64,000 nucleotides of DNA, from the IMG/VR virus record IMGVR_UViG_3300045135_002615, positions 62,001 through 126,000 of that record, one strand, 5' to 3'. Positions 1 through 10,565 of this stretch are shown one piece after another. Both the position numbers and the translations under genes were made by a program. Every line of letters begins with the position of its first letter. Position 1 is the stretch's first letter. The notes beneath the pieces were generated by a model that worked only from the letters and a program-made list of their open reading frames with translations, was not told the DNA's origin and did no database searches.

Positions 1-58
1 ACCCAAGTCCAAAGTTAAGGGCGGTAGTTGAGGGGGGTGAAATCTTAGATTTAATCAT
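1..58 (-). CDS. 5' end of a gene running off the window (MIKSKISPPSTTALNFGLG...), probably the next tail gene
   Basis: GGAGGA SD before ATG at 58; late-motif copy TTA-GTTGT-TCTAT at 96-108; frame open to the window edge. Confidence 0.6.
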   Translation of the reverse strand, partial: MIKSKISPPSTTALNFGLG

Positions 59-127
59 GCTATCCTCCATGCTCTTGGGGCACAGAGGTTAGCTGATAGA
101 ACAACTAAAAAAACGACCCTCTGTACC

Positions 128-850
128 TTACGCTTGGAACGTAAGAGTGTAAGTGATGGTCAGTGTACCATCATCAGTCTTCGTGATGGTGTTCGTAAGG
201 TGACGGCGGGCAAAGAGCCTCATGTTCGTGCTCGTAGCTGGCTGAGGACCCCCTGTAAAGCAGTCCGCATCTGCGTTGTCTCCCGCAGTCCAAATACCGA
301 TCTCTGCGATACCATCAGCGAGGTTTCCCTCAGTAGTGTCAAACTCAGCGGTGAACTGAATCTTGTTGGGCTCAGGGAAAGTGACTGAGTTGATCACTTT
401 GCAATAGATGGGGGTGACGCTCACAGGGTTGAAGTTACCATCAACCATGGTAGTGAGCTGAGATGAGTTCGCCACATCGGTGTTCTGAGAAGCATTGACA
501 GGAGATACGGTATTTGTCCCTAGTCCGTCATTGAGGTTGCTGCCGACAGCAATGAAAGAGATGCGGTTACGACCAAAGACATCAAGGGCATTACCCGTAG
601 CCATGTCAGGACCGATGTAGTCAGGTCCATTAGGGTATGCCGTACCATCAGCCGCCATGCCGAGCTGAGCCGCACGATCAGGGGCGGCGAGCGGGGTAAT
701 CCCGTCACTTGCGTAAATACGAGAGATGATCTGATCCATCAAGATGTTGTTGGACATCTTGACAACGGTGTTGGGACCCTCTGACTCTTGGATCACGTTG
801 CCCTGTGCATCCTTGAGGACAGCATGGACGTAGCCTTTGATATTGAACAT
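128..850 (-). CDS. Tail-collar/fibre-attachment protein (gpH N-terminal/DUF3751-like), 240 aa
   Basis: Motifs FIAVG, FTAEF..TEGN...IAEIGIW and LFARR....ITKT....LTITYTLTF; start moved to 850 (AAGGAG SD, late motif at 885-897). Confidence 0.7.
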   Translation of the reverse strand: MFNIKGYVHAVLKDAQGNVIQESEGPNTVVKMSNNILMDQIISRIYASDGITPLAAPDRAAQLGMAADGTAYPNGPDYIGPDMATGNALDVFGRNRISFIAVGSNLNDGLGTNTVSPVNASQNTDVANSSQLTTMVDGNFNPVSVTPIYCKVINSVTFPEPNKIQFTAEFDTTEGNLADGIAEIGIWTAGDNADADCFTGGPQPATSTNMRLFARRHLTNTITKTDDGTLTITYTLTFQA

Positions 851-884
851 AGTAGAACTCCTTGTGTGTCTATGAAGACACTCC

Positions 885-897
885 ATAAAAGATTTAT
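885..897 (-). promoter_or_regulatory. Late-promoter motif ATA-AATCT-TTTAT
   Basis: 35 nt upstream of ATG 850. Confidence 0.65.
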
Positions 898-3800
898 TAA
901 GCCGCACCACCATCGGTCTCCCAAATGATGAACCCGTCACGCCTCATTGTGAAGAAGTAATTCCATTGGAATTTATTGCCGTCAGTGTTCTGTATGAGCT
1001 CCATGTAGGGGAGAACACTTGAGGCGTTGTACACGGTAGTCGCACTCGATCCTCCATCATCTGCCCTCACCTCAAAGTACACCTCTACATCAGTAGCGTC
1101 ACCTTGAACCTCTAGTTGAAGCTGATGTCTCGTACCTAGTTGGAGCAACCAACTCGCCTGTGCTTCATTATCGGGGTTGAGCTTAGTTCCACCAGGGAAC
1201 TGCACATACCCGCCATCAACATAGACATAGGTGTAGTTTGCATCATGGAGATCAGGCTCAAGCCACCCTGTGAAGTCGGTAGACCCATCCGTTCCATTAG
1301 GAGATAGGACTGAAGAGTTATCAGGGGCTGGGCGGAGTCTCATCAAATCCGCATCATCACCCGCATCTGTGTATGTGTACTTGATGTACGCATACAGACG
1401 CACGGTCTCCGTCTTGTTGAAGTCAAAGTGTTGTTCACCATTAAAGGCAAACTTCACCGACTTGGTTAACGATTCAGGTGTGATCGTGTGGAGGTGATAG
1501 AGAGGTAGTGTATCAGCAGGTCCAGGGAATAGCTCCACATAGCTCTCACCCTTCAAGTACTGATAGGGTGACTCATTACTACCTCCGATCTTGAACGCAA
1601 GCTCCATGTCAGGGGGGCTCGTGTCATCAGATTCTGTAGAAGCATAGAGTTGATAGTCTCTGTCCCAGACAAGAGGTCCAATCTTAAAGAACGCATCATT
1701 ATTAGGGTTGTTGTACCCCGCAGTCAGCGTGGGGTGGACGGACAAGTCATTAGAGTCTCCTGTGATGACCTCTACAGGGACAGCACCTTGACTATCGGGC
1801 ATTAAAGTGGTGATGGCGGGATAGTTGAGTGTATTCAGTTGACCCTCATAGATACTGAACAGCTCTTCATCATTCACCGAGTTGGAGTTGTACCTCACCC
1901 CAATGTAGATATAAGGGTCTATGAGCACCTCAGTCTCGGTAGATGTGTCTGTTTGAGTAGGTAGTGAGTCCTCCATAACTAACGTCAAAGAGGTGGTTGT
2001 CTCATCTGTAGGTGATGGGACATTGAATTCACCTTGGCTCAAAAAGACCATCGAAGTAGTGACCTCGTCATCAATGACGTTGAGGGTATCCTCTTGTACG
2101 CTCTCAGCTACAACATCTCCAGCTAAGTGAGCATCAAGGATCAGAGGTAAGGTGTCTTCTAGGTTGATTGGGTCATACGAGTAAGTGTATGCCACCTCGT
2201 CAGTCATATTTAAGACATCATCAGAGGGGGTAAGGGTGAGGTTATATGTAGACTCATCTGTTACTTGAGCAAGGAACTCAGTTGCACTTGAAGGTGCTAG
2301 TAAGAGAGATGTGCTGTGATCATCAGACAGATTGTCAACCAAGTCTTCAGACGCAAGGCTCATAGTGAAAGAAGCATCGTCAATGACGAGTGCGGATGAG
2401 GACTCTTGTGTGCTGATTATGTCTAGAGTCGTAGTGTGTGTATCAACTACAGGCTCTATAGTGGAGCTCACTCTATAGGTGGAGATATAAGCGGTGTGTG
2501 TGTCAGTTGTCTGAGAGAGCATGTCAGTCTGTATAGAGTCATTCAAGTATGACCCAACTGAAAGCTCTTCTTTGATGGTGGGTATTAAGTCTTCAAAGTT
2601 CTGGGGTGTGTACTCATAGGTGTGTGTCTCTAGGGCGATCACTACAGGGACAAGATCATTAAAGGTATTCGCAGAGGCAAGTACTTGCTCCTCTTGTGTG
2701 AGAGGGAGTGTGTCCCCAACACTGAGAGACTGAGCTATGGACACTTGATCTGAGATCAATCCTGTTTGAGACTCAGAATATGATGACCATAGAGCTTGTG
2801 AGCTAGAACCAATCAATGGGATGATGTCATCTATTTGTGCAGACATCCTCAATGAGTATTCAAGATCATCTTCAACGGTAGCGGCGGGCTCGCTGATATT
2901 CGAGGGGAGGAGTAAGAGAGAGGCATCACTAACTGAGCCGACTAGCGGTACTTCATCCGTATAAGTTCTGTTGCTTGAATAGCTATGCTCATCAGTGATC
3001 GGGGCATTTGAGTCTTCTAGCTGTGCTTCCCATGGTGCGATAAAGGGCAAGGCATCGGGAGCGAAGTTGAGAGCCTTAACGCCATAGAGAGGTTCACTAG
3101 GGATGTACGCCCCTACTTGTATAGTGACTACAGCACCAACATCCTCTTCATCTTTAATGGCGGTGGGGTTGGGGTCTGTGATCTGTTCAAAGGTGACTAC
3201 TTCACCTGGGTTGGTTGCGAACGTGACGGCATATAAGAGGTTACCATCTCCACCGAACTCCTCATCTAATCTATATGTCTCTGCGGAGGTGTCCCATGAG
3301 GTATTCAATACATAAGGTGCGTTAGTCCCGCTTGAGAAGAAGTACCATGAGTCCGCCCCGCCTCCATCTTCCTCCATCGTGACTTCAATGTAGTAGGTCT
3401 GATAAGGGATGTGGTTAAAGGAAGCTGTGACTTCCGCTTCGTAGTTATTAGAGAAGTCCCCGTTGGAGTAGTTGTAAGCAAAACCCCCGCCCCCTCCTTC
3501 ATCTTGCAGCTTGTACGCTATAGGAGCCCCATTAGGAGGTACAATCTCTTGGAGTGCGGTAAAGCCATCTCCATTAGCTACGGGTGTAAGTGTTTGATAG
3601 TATTTAACTCCATCAACCCCTACCCTATAGATTGAGAAGTAGTACCCGTCACCACCTAGATCGTTTAAGAACGTGTAGTTGAAGAACAGGTGGGTGGGGA
3701 TCGTGTTGAAGGTCGTAGTCTCAAGAGCTGAAAGTGGACCTAAGAGGTATAGTGTGGGGTCTTGATAGAGTAGGGTGTCCTCTTGGGGCTTATTGAGATC

Positions 3801-6191
3801 ATGCAAAAAGCCAAGATTAGACCCTGAGATAGAGAGGCTAGAGAAGGAGTCCTCAAAGAATGAGAGTTCGCCTCTTACACCTGTAGAGGAGAGTTGTCTC
3901 TTGGCATAGATACGTCTATCAGCATCCTCACCATTGACATCAAGTCCAAGCGGGTTTTCGATGAGTTCTTCAGGGGTTGACTCAGATATGTTGGGTAAGA
4001 CATCAACATCAGTATATTGTAAAAAAGCCTGACCTTCTGCAAGAGTCTCTCCTTTGAACCATGACCCTTCGTAGGTAAGTGGGGTTGTTGAGAGTGCAGT
4101 AATGGTGAGGGTGGTGTGTCCACTCAAGTCTTTAACAAGAACACCTTGTTCTTGGATTGAGAAGGTGTAAGAGTTCCCTTGGTCGTCTACGATTGATGAG
4201 ATGTAGGAGGGGAAGAATCCAAGCTCAGTGTAAAGGATAAGAGAGTAGCTGGTTGATACGATAGCGACCGCAGGTCCTGAGACATTTGAAGGGTCGATGT
4301 CTTGACCAAGTGAAGCATTATTAAGGGTGAACCCTGAGTTGAGAACTTGGTTCTTTGTATGGATGATGTCCGAGGAGCTCACCGAGTAGGTTGATCTCTT
4401 CTCCTCTGTTGAATAGGGGCTTACGGGCGTAGCTGTATTCAACACATATGACATGGGGTTGGTGAGAACAGCTAGATTGTTATTGGGCTCACCTCTGCCA
4501 CTGAGACTGACAGATCTTGTGGGTCTTGAAGCGTTAAGAGTGAACTGCGTATCATTCAGTTCACTCAAGACCTTGATCTCTGATTTGGTCACCGGGTAAG
4601 TCAGGCTGACAACATCTCCGACTTGAAAGGCAACGCCATCAGAACTAAGTGTCCCTTGATCTGCATCATAGAATATATCACCTATATTGAGTGGTGTCCC
4701 CGCACGAGTGACTTCGACATTTAAGTCTGACCCCACGATAGGGAGTAAGCGATAAGACTTACGAATGAGGTCTGTGAAGTAAGAAGGGAGCTGTATATCG
4801 CCAGCTGTTTCATTAACAAAGGTGAGTGGCTCTCTTGTGAAGTCCTCACTAACTCTCCATGGGGAGCTTTGTCTAGTAAATAATACGATCCCTTGTTGAG
4901 CCACCTTAGAGTCAACTCGTACTACTTGAGCCGCGAGTCTAGTAGTCCCACCCAATAGAGTAGGGAAGTAGACTTTGCTGTCCGTGCTTAATAATAGTGG
5001 CTCACCATCGCCCACATAAGTCTGTGTTGGTTCTACAGAGAGGATGCCATTCGTCAAGGTGAAGTCTGAGCTAAAAGTAGTTTCCCCCACAGAGCGTATG
5101 AAGGTGAAGGATTCACCCGCTTGTGACACATCAGGAGGTAATGACTCATTAACGCTAATGACTCTAAGCCTCTGTGTATAGTACACCCCATCTTCTACCC
5201 ATCGTGCGATGAGCTCATCAGTCGTGTTGAGATTAGTGCGGAACAGCCTGACCTCATTACCATTCACATACCCGTAGAAGGTGTCCTCCCACACCCCCAC
5301 TCTTGCTTTCCTCATGTCTTCTTGGTAGAGACTGCCAAGACCTAATGAGATAGAGTCGAGTCCATCTATAGAGTCGGTCTCATTAGGTGCGATCCGATCA
5401 ACTTCTTGAAGGATCGAAGAGACAGAGCCCGTCTTAATATGGGCAGGCTTGATGACTTCAAAGACCTGTCTCAAGTTGTGTTGCAATCTCAAGATGTCTT
5501 GGGGCAAACCAAAGTAGACTTCGTGTGTGTGACTCACCCCTTCAGAGTTGGTGTGTGGTTGAACAACACCATCAATAATCTCATGTGTGTGGAGGTCATC
5601 ACCCCACCTGTAGTCTAGTGGTTTTAGTGTAGAACCTAGACCTGTAGCGGGGGCAAATGCGTAGTGTTTATGTTCGGGGATCACACCATCGGTATTGAAC
5701 TCAGTCGTAGCGAGAATAGAAGTCCTGATCTGAGCGATGTACCCGTTCACTTCAGATGTGACGTTAGAGTTGGTAATGCCATTAAGGGTCTGATCTATTG
5801 ATGTCTTAGTAGCACCCTCAAGTAGTCCCGCGTATACGCTTAAGAGCAACTCTAAGAGCTCACCTGTTTGGGTTGTTTGGGGAGCTGTACTCTCATCTAA
5901 AAAAAGAACGTAGAGTAGACGTGTAGACAGAAATTCCGCACGGAGCTGGCTGAGCTCCATATCATCAATATTATCTACGGAATCAACGAGGATACTTGAG
6001 AGGAGGCGAGCCACCCCTTCCATTAAAATCCTGTGGTTAGACCCATAGGCTTGGGTGAGATAGTTAGAGGCGGTGCCACTAGCCATTGTGGTGACGATCT
6101 GCTCGGTTAGGATGTCTTCTAAGAGCCTCCTCGAAGATGACCTAGTGTCCGTACCTTCTCTATTGAGTCTAGGGTCGTAGTCAAAGATCAT
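897..6191 (-). CDS. Large baseplate wedge/tail protein (P2 gpI-like N-terminus), acidic, with degenerate internal repeats
   Basis: LRQVFEVIKPAHI (KPAH motif typical of gpI-like wedge proteins); HxH cluster; coupled to the J-like gene; lies between J-like and collar genes. Confidence 0.65.
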   Translation of the reverse strand: MIFDYDPRLNREGTDTRSSSRRLLEDILTEQIVTTMASGTASNYLTQAYGSNHRILMEGVARLLSSILVDSVDNIDDMELSQLRAEFLSTRLLYVLFLDESTAPQTTQTGELLELLLSVYAGLLEGATKTSIDQTLNGITNSNVTSEVNGYIAQIRTSILATTEFNTDGVIPEHKHYAFAPATGLGSTLKPLDYRWGDDLHTHEIIDGVVQPHTNSEGVSHTHEVYFGLPQDILRLQHNLRQVFEVIKPAHIKTGSVSSILQEVDRIAPNETDSIDGLDSISLGLGSLYQEDMRKARVGVWEDTFYGYVNGNEVRLFRTNLNTTDELIARWVEDGVYYTQRLRVISVNESLPPDVSQAGESFTFIRSVGETTFSSDFTLTNGILSVEPTQTYVGDGEPLLLSTDSKVYFPTLLGGTTRLAAQVVRVDSKVAQQGIVLFTRQSSPWRVSEDFTREPLTFVNETAGDIQLPSYFTDLIRKSYRLLPIVGSDLNVEVTRAGTPLNIGDIFYDADQGTLSSDGVAFQVGDVVSLTYPVTKSEIKVLSELNDTQFTLNASRPTRSVSLSGRGEPNNNLAVLTNPMSYVLNTATPVSPYSTEEKRSTYSVSSSDIIHTKNQVLNSGFTLNNASLGQDIDPSNVSGPAVAIVSTSYSLILYTELGFFPSYISSIVDDQGNSYTFSIQEQGVLVKDLSGHTTLTITALSTTPLTYEGSWFKGETLAEGQAFLQYTDVDVLPNISESTPEELIENPLGLDVNGEDADRRIYAKRQLSSTGVRGELSFFEDSFSSLSISGSNLGFLHDLNKPQEDTLLYQDPTLYLLGPLSALETTTFNTIPTHLFFNYTFLNDLGGDGYYFSIYRVGVDGVKYYQTLTPVANGDGFTALQEIVPPNGAPIAYKLQDEGGGGGFAYNYSNGDFSNNYEAEVTASFNHIPYQTYYIEVTMEEDGGGADSWYFFSSGTNAPYVLNTSWDTSAETYRLDEEFGGDGNLLYAVTFATNPGEVVTFEQITDPNPTAIKDEEDVGAVVTIQVGAYIPSEPLYGVKALNFAPDALPFIAPWEAQLEDSNAPITDEHSYSSNRTYTDEVPLVGSVSDASLLLLPSNISEPAATVEDDLEYSLRMSAQIDDIIPLIGSSSQALWSSYSESQTGLISDQVSIAQSLSVGDTLPLTQEEQVLASANTFNDLVPVVIALETHTYEYTPQNFEDLIPTIKEELSVGSYLNDSIQTDMLSQTTDTHTAYISTYRVSSTIEPVVDTHTTTLDIISTQESSSALVIDDASFTMSLASEDLVDNLSDDHSTSLLLAPSSATEFLAQVTDESTYNLTLTPSDDVLNMTDEVAYTYSYDPINLEDTLPLILDAHLAGDVVAESVQEDTLNVIDDEVTTSMVFLSQGEFNVPSPTDETTTSLTLVMEDSLPTQTDTSTETEVLIDPYIYIGVRYNSNSVNDEELFSIYEGQLNTLNYPAITTLMPDSQGAVPVEVITGDSNDLSVHPTLTAGYNNPNNDAFFKIGPLVWDRDYQLYASTESDDTSPPDMELAFKIGGSNESPYQYLKGESYVELFPGPADTLPLYHLHTITPESLTKSVKFAFNGEQHFDFNKTETVRLYAYIKYTYTDAGDDADLMRLRPAPDNSSVLSPNGTDGSTDFTGWLEPDLHDANYTYVYVDGGYVQFPGGTKLNPDNEAQASWLLQLGTRHQLQLEVQGDATDVEVYFEVRADDGGSSATTVYNASSVLPYMELIQNTDGNKFQWNYFFTMRRDGFIIWETDGGAA

Positions 6192-9100
6192 TAGTTCACC
6201 TCCTCATACACGAAGCTGAAGTCTCCAGAGGTGAGGTAAGATAGAGAGTTGAGTTCAATCTGATTGACGAACCCAGAGCCATCACCTACCCTGTAGTTCA
6301 TCTCGATCTTGTAATCATTAGGTGTCTTACCTAATGGGAGTGAGACTAACACCCTCCTGCTGACACCACTGATGAGGGTGTATACTCCGTCTAAGGTGAG
6401 ATAGAAGTCCTCCTCACCCACGATGGTCGCACAGGTTGTGTTCCAATTTGTAGTCAAGGTACGTTGGTTCACACTCAAAATAGGTATCTCCTCACCATCT
6501 AAGAAAACCCTTGCTGAGTCGCCGCCAGCGGGTTGAGGGTTATGAGAGATAACGTGATCGCAAACCCACACTTGATGTGAAGAGGACACAACCTCTGTCA
6601 ATGCGGTTGGAGCTGTGTTAGAGACAAGCTCCCTTAGAACATCGGTACCTTGTGAAAGGGTGAGTTGAGTGAGGGGTACTTGTACATGGCTCACACCCGT
6701 GACGGCATCAAGCTCTCTGATCACATCAGAAGGGTAGAGGCGACCACCTTGACCTTCAGCTTCTATTCTTGTAGCGAGGTTGGCACGAACCACATTATCA
6801 ACAGTAGAGGGGTTAGAACCTCTCTCAAGATAGATGACCGCCTTCACATCTACAGGAGCGGGCAAGACTTCCTTGACGATGACATCCGCACCCATGTGCT
6901 TCTCTTCCTCTATGGTATCTTGGAGTGTTGAGAGCACTAGGTTTGTAGTGTAAGTGACAATCGTGTTCTCTAGATGATCATAGGAACACCCAATAGACGA
7001 GCCTTCAGGGATAGTGCTCGTTGAGGTACGCCTTACATAAGTCGTCCCTTGTGAGTCTGTATAGACTTCAAAGTCAGGAGTCTGTGATTTGAGTGAGCTT
7101 GCATATTCAACAAGTGTGGTGAGGTCGTATAGAGATACGGAGGTGATGTCTACACCCTTGTAGTTAAGTGCTTCAGGGTATGTTTGGTTGAACACTAGCT
7201 CCTCAGAGAAGGAGCTTAACCGATCACCTTCTCTGTTATTGATCTGAATATAGTCTTGAGCGGCTGTGCTGTACCCATTAACGAGGGGGTCTTCATTCTT
7301 GTAGAACGTATAGTCAGTGATCTCAGTGCCATCTGCGGTAGCTACTGAGATGACCTCACGGACAGGTTGTCGAGTAAGTATAATCTTCTCTGAAGTCTCA
7401 GTGCGGTAGTCACCTACGATGATGTCAGTGAACCTGTATGATGGTTGTAAGATTGTGGCATCTAGGGTGATGACTGCACCTTCACTGATGACAGCACCTG
7501 TGAGGTCAAAGAACTCACCACTAGTCTTGTTGTAGAGCCCATAGGAACCTTCCCTATCAATCATGGCAAATAGAGGGTTCTCAGAGGTTGCTGAAGAGGC
7601 TTTAAATACATATGAGCCCTCGCTATAGAGAGGGATGAAGCGATCACCTCTGATGGCATTGTAGGTGGGTGCTATGACATCAGTGACCTCATTAAGCACT
7701 TCGCCCTTAACCCATATATCTACCTTGCCTCCGAGTCCATTATCACGGATCATATACTGATCGCCCGCACCAACAATGAAGTAGCTTTCAACCCTAGCGG
7801 ATTCAGCGGCGAGCCTTGAATACCCTGCTCTTGTCCCATTATCTACTGAGCTGATGTACGAGAGAGCACGGGCGGAGAGTTGTCCATTAGTCTCTTCATC
7901 AAGACCACCAAAGGTGGGAGCTGTATTGGTGACCCTTAACCCACTTGGAGCCCCGCGTGTAATCTTGTTAGAGGTGAGATTACCCGCACTACCTGTGGTA
8001 GTGGCTTCTATGGGGACAGTGACTTCATACCTCTTGGTGAAGGGGTTGTAGTAGAGGTTTGAGTTGACGACGGGGATGCCATCACCTCGTGTTGTTCTGA
8101 AGCTAACAGACCCTGAAGATAGTATAGTCCCTGCGGGCACATCTAAGTTAAAGGTGGGGGCGGTGGTTGTATAGAAGACAACCTCACCAACAGACTTGGT
8201 TCCTCTTTTACGGGTAATTCCTAGATTGGAGGCGAGGCGATCAAAGCATTGGTTAATGAGCCCTTGAAGCTGTGTCTCACTCGTCATGAACAGAGCGTCT
8301 TGAAGTGTCTGTTTATAGCTTGAGTTGGCTACGGAGATAGAGGTACCCGTGTTAAGTGGGTCATCTATGCCGAGTAAGCTAATGAAGTTGGTTGTCCTAT
8401 ATGTGAAGTCTAAGATAAATCGAGTGCGAGATATCTCTGACACCATTGGATCAATGAACATGTCTCTTATAGCAGACCCTGCTGCGACATTAGCATCGGG
8501 ATCTGCTTGATATACTGCGGAGATCAACTCAGTTGTAAGTGCCTCATCAGAGACTGTCGGAAGCCCTAGATTTGATCTATTGATGTCTATAGGTGCGGCG
8601 ACTGCTTCAACGCTGAACTCGCTCTCAAGGGCAACACCATCAACCACCTTCACCGAAGTCGCCACATAGTAGAGTGGTGTAGTTGTGGGTAGCGTTGAGA
8701 ACTCACCTATTTGAAAGGTAGGGGGTTGAGAGTTTGGGGTGTTATTCCTGTTATGTGTGAAGGAGACCCTTGTGATGAGCTCCGTGGTGTAGACTTCACC
8801 TTTGATTCTTAGTCGGGTAGCTCCTTCAGGCACTTCTAAGCTACCTATAGTTGACGTGGTGAGGTCACTTTGGTTGCTAAGTATCTCTACGATAAGAGGG
8901 TCTGCTTCTTCTGCGGGGAGGTCAGATGTGACAGAGCCTACTAGGTTTGCTTGTTCTTCCGAAGAACCATACGCAACAGGACTTAACGGGATAGCGTTGA
9001 CTCTAACATACCCATTAGCTCCACCTCCTGATGTTTGAGATGCATAGATGTTGTAAGAGCTGACATCGGGGTCCGAGTGCAACCATGAGATTTCAACGGA

Positions 9101-9475
9101 GTTAGCACCTCGTGTAGCCTTAATGTTTAATGGGGGGCTTGGAGGGTTAAGGTTGAGGTCTTGAGGAAGTGAGACGATGAGAGTGATGGAGTTTTGGTTT
9201 CCTTGATCATCGGTGGCGGTAAGGAGGAACTCATTTGCCCCTTGTGAGAGCTCATACCCTTGTTCGTTATTAGGGAATACCCATGAACCATCTTCATTGA
9301 TGGTGATTTCAGGAGCTTCTCCAGCGGAGCTGTATGTGATGCCCTCGGATGAGACATCAATTTGTGAGTAGCCCTCAACAAGCCCGTATATGAAGTGTTC
9401 ATCTTGACCTACGGAATAGGTTGTGCTTGTAGAGGAGGAGACACCATCGGGTCTTACGATTTTAAAGTAGCTCAT
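6191..9475 (-). CDS. Baseplate J-like (T4 gp6-like) wedge protein with N-terminal Ig/FN3-like domains
   Basis: GSAIRDMFIDP, EAT..G.AGN, TFGGLDEET..QL.AR motifs; FN3-like ISW.HSD....YNIY. Confidence 0.85.
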   Translation of the reverse strand: MSYFKIVRPDGVSSSTSTTYSVGQDEHFIYGLVEGYSQIDVSSEGITYSSAGEAPEITINEDGSWVFPNNEQGYELSQGANEFLLTATDDQGNQNSITLIVSLPQDLNLNPPSPPLNIKATRGANSVEISWLHSDPDVSSYNIYASQTSGGGANGYVRVNAIPLSPVAYGSSEEQANLVGSVTSDLPAEEADPLIVEILSNQSDLTTSTIGSLEVPEGATRLRIKGEVYTTELITRVSFTHNRNNTPNSQPPTFQIGEFSTLPTTTPLYYVATSVKVVDGVALESEFSVEAVAAPIDINRSNLGLPTVSDEALTTELISAVYQADPDANVAAGSAIRDMFIDPMVSEISRTRFILDFTYRTTNFISLLGIDDPLNTGTSISVANSSYKQTLQDALFMTSETQLQGLINQCFDRLASNLGITRKRGTKSVGEVVFYTTTAPTFNLDVPAGTILSSGSVSFRTTRGDGIPVVNSNLYYNPFTKRYEVTVPIEATTTGSAGNLTSNKITRGAPSGLRVTNTAPTFGGLDEETNGQLSARALSYISSVDNGTRAGYSRLAAESARVESYFIVGAGDQYMIRDNGLGGKVDIWVKGEVLNEVTDVIAPTYNAIRGDRFIPLYSEGSYVFKASSATSENPLFAMIDREGSYGLYNKTSGEFFDLTGAVISEGAVITLDATILQPSYRFTDIIVGDYRTETSEKIILTRQPVREVISVATADGTEITDYTFYKNEDPLVNGYSTAAQDYIQINNREGDRLSSFSEELVFNQTYPEALNYKGVDITSVSLYDLTTLVEYASSLKSQTPDFEVYTDSQGTTYVRRTSTSTIPEGSSIGCSYDHLENTIVTYTTNLVLSTLQDTIEEEKHMGADVIVKEVLPAPVDVKAVIYLERGSNPSTVDNVVRANLATRIEAEGQGGRLYPSDVIRELDAVTGVSHVQVPLTQLTLSQGTDVLRELVSNTAPTALTEVVSSSHQVWVCDHVISHNPQPAGGDSARVFLDGEEIPILSVNQRTLTTNWNTTCATIVGEEDFYLTLDGVYTLISGVSRRVLVSLPLGKTPNDYKIEMNYRVGDGSGFVNQIELNSLSYLTSGDFSFVYEEVN

Positions 9476-10509
9476 GTTAACTCACCATTCAGTTGGATTG
9501 AACCAGGTACAGAGAATACTAGGTTCACGCTCACGGGCTGACCCGAAGCACTTCGGACCACTATATTACAGATGTACGCCGTCTGATCATCACCTACTTG
9601 ACTTGCGGTAATCGACTCAATACGGAGCAGGGTCTCTTCTAAAGAGATGGGTTGCAGTTGCTTCTGTATACGCTGTTGAGATTGGAACTTACTCAAAGCG
9701 GAGGTCACCGTCTCCCTAATCACAGACGAGACATTAGGACTAGACTTTCTACCGATGAGATCGAATACCCTTGAACCATAGAAGGGGTGAAAGGGATTAG
9801 AGCCTAGTTTAGTGAGTACCACCTTAGCGATGTTCTGATAGAGAAGATCAGCTCCTTCAGCAATCTCCATTGTTCCTTGTTCATCCCATCGAAGATCATT
9901 CTCGACACCCGTACTCGCACATCTTCGACAGTATCTCTTATCTGTCGTGTATGTCACCTCAAGTAGCCCTTCAGGTGTGAGTGTCTTTGAAAACACCACA
10001 TCGTACCCATCTATTCTCCTAATAAGACTCCAAGAGGGTGTTACCTTACGAGGTCGCACACTAACCTTATCTCGATTAAATCCGAGTGCTCTCAAGAGTG
10101 TCCCTGAGAGAGAGAAGCCAACCCCCATGAGGTTGTCTGTGAACTTGATTGATTTACCCTCCTCAACGAGGAGGATCACTCCGAGCTTCTTGTTAAAGAA
10201 GGACACCATCTCAGATGACTTGTACGTCTTAGATGGGAGCGTATAGGTGTAGCTATCACCCGCAGTTGTCTTTAGGGTTAAAGTGTTGGAGTTGGACTTA
10301 ACTCGATAAGGAGAAGCTTGAGGTGCATAGAGATATGCTTCACTTGTGTTCCCGCTTTGTGATAGAAGGACACCATCTCTCTTGATCTCAAGTAGACCTT
10401 GACCACTGATTGGGGATCTAGGCGATAAGAGCACACCATTAGTCAAGTTGACCCTCTCATTACGAATGAGATGGGGACAAGCATATGCAATTTTTATATC
10501 GTAGCTCAT
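9472..10509 (-). CDS. Baseplate wedge protein, C-terminal gp25/gpW-like domain, with CPH and CRRC Cys motifs
   Basis: ENDL...LYQNIAKVVLT.LGSNPFHP.YGS..FDLIG.K pattern; position upstream of the J-like gene. Confidence 0.8.
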   Translation of the reverse strand: MSYDIKIAYACPHLIRNERVNLTNGVLLSPRSPISGQGLLEIKRDGVLLSQSGNTSEAYLYAPQASPYRVKSNSNTLTLKTTAGDSYTYTLPSKTYKSSEMVSFFNKKLGVILLVEEGKSIKFTDNLMGVGFSLSGTLLRALGFNRDKVSVRPRKVTPSWSLIRRIDGYDVVFSKTLTPEGLLEVTYTTDKRYCRRCASTGVENDLRWDEQGTMEIAEGADLLYQNIAKVVLTKLGSNPFHPFYGSRVFDLIGRKSSPNVSSVIRETVTSALSKFQSQQRIQKQLQPISLEETLLRIESITASQVGDDQTAYICNIVVRSASGQPVSVNLVFSVPGSIQLNGELT

Positions 10510-10511
10510 GT

Positions 10512-10547
10512 CACCTCGTCTGTGTATATTGTCTCACAGACGAGGTG
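10512..10547 (-). promoter_or_regulatory. Perfect 13-bp hairpin covering the SD of the baseplate operon's first gene
   Basis: CACCTCGTCTGTG (10512-10524) / CACAGACGAGGTG (10535-10547). Confidence 0.7.
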
Positions 10548-10552
10548 TGTCT

Positions 10553-10565
10553 ATAAAGGGATTAT
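10553..10565 (-). promoter_or_regulatory. Late-promoter motif ATA-ATCCC-TTTAT
   Basis: 44 nt upstream of ATG 10509, head of the baseplate operon. Confidence 0.65.

Noticed and set aside
851-940. 5' extensions in the ORF track (also 12394, 14560, 15472, 40392, 43564, 47279, 53623, 58988, 63141)
   Set aside because: They run through late motifs, terminators or upstream genes; better SD-supported starts lie downstream
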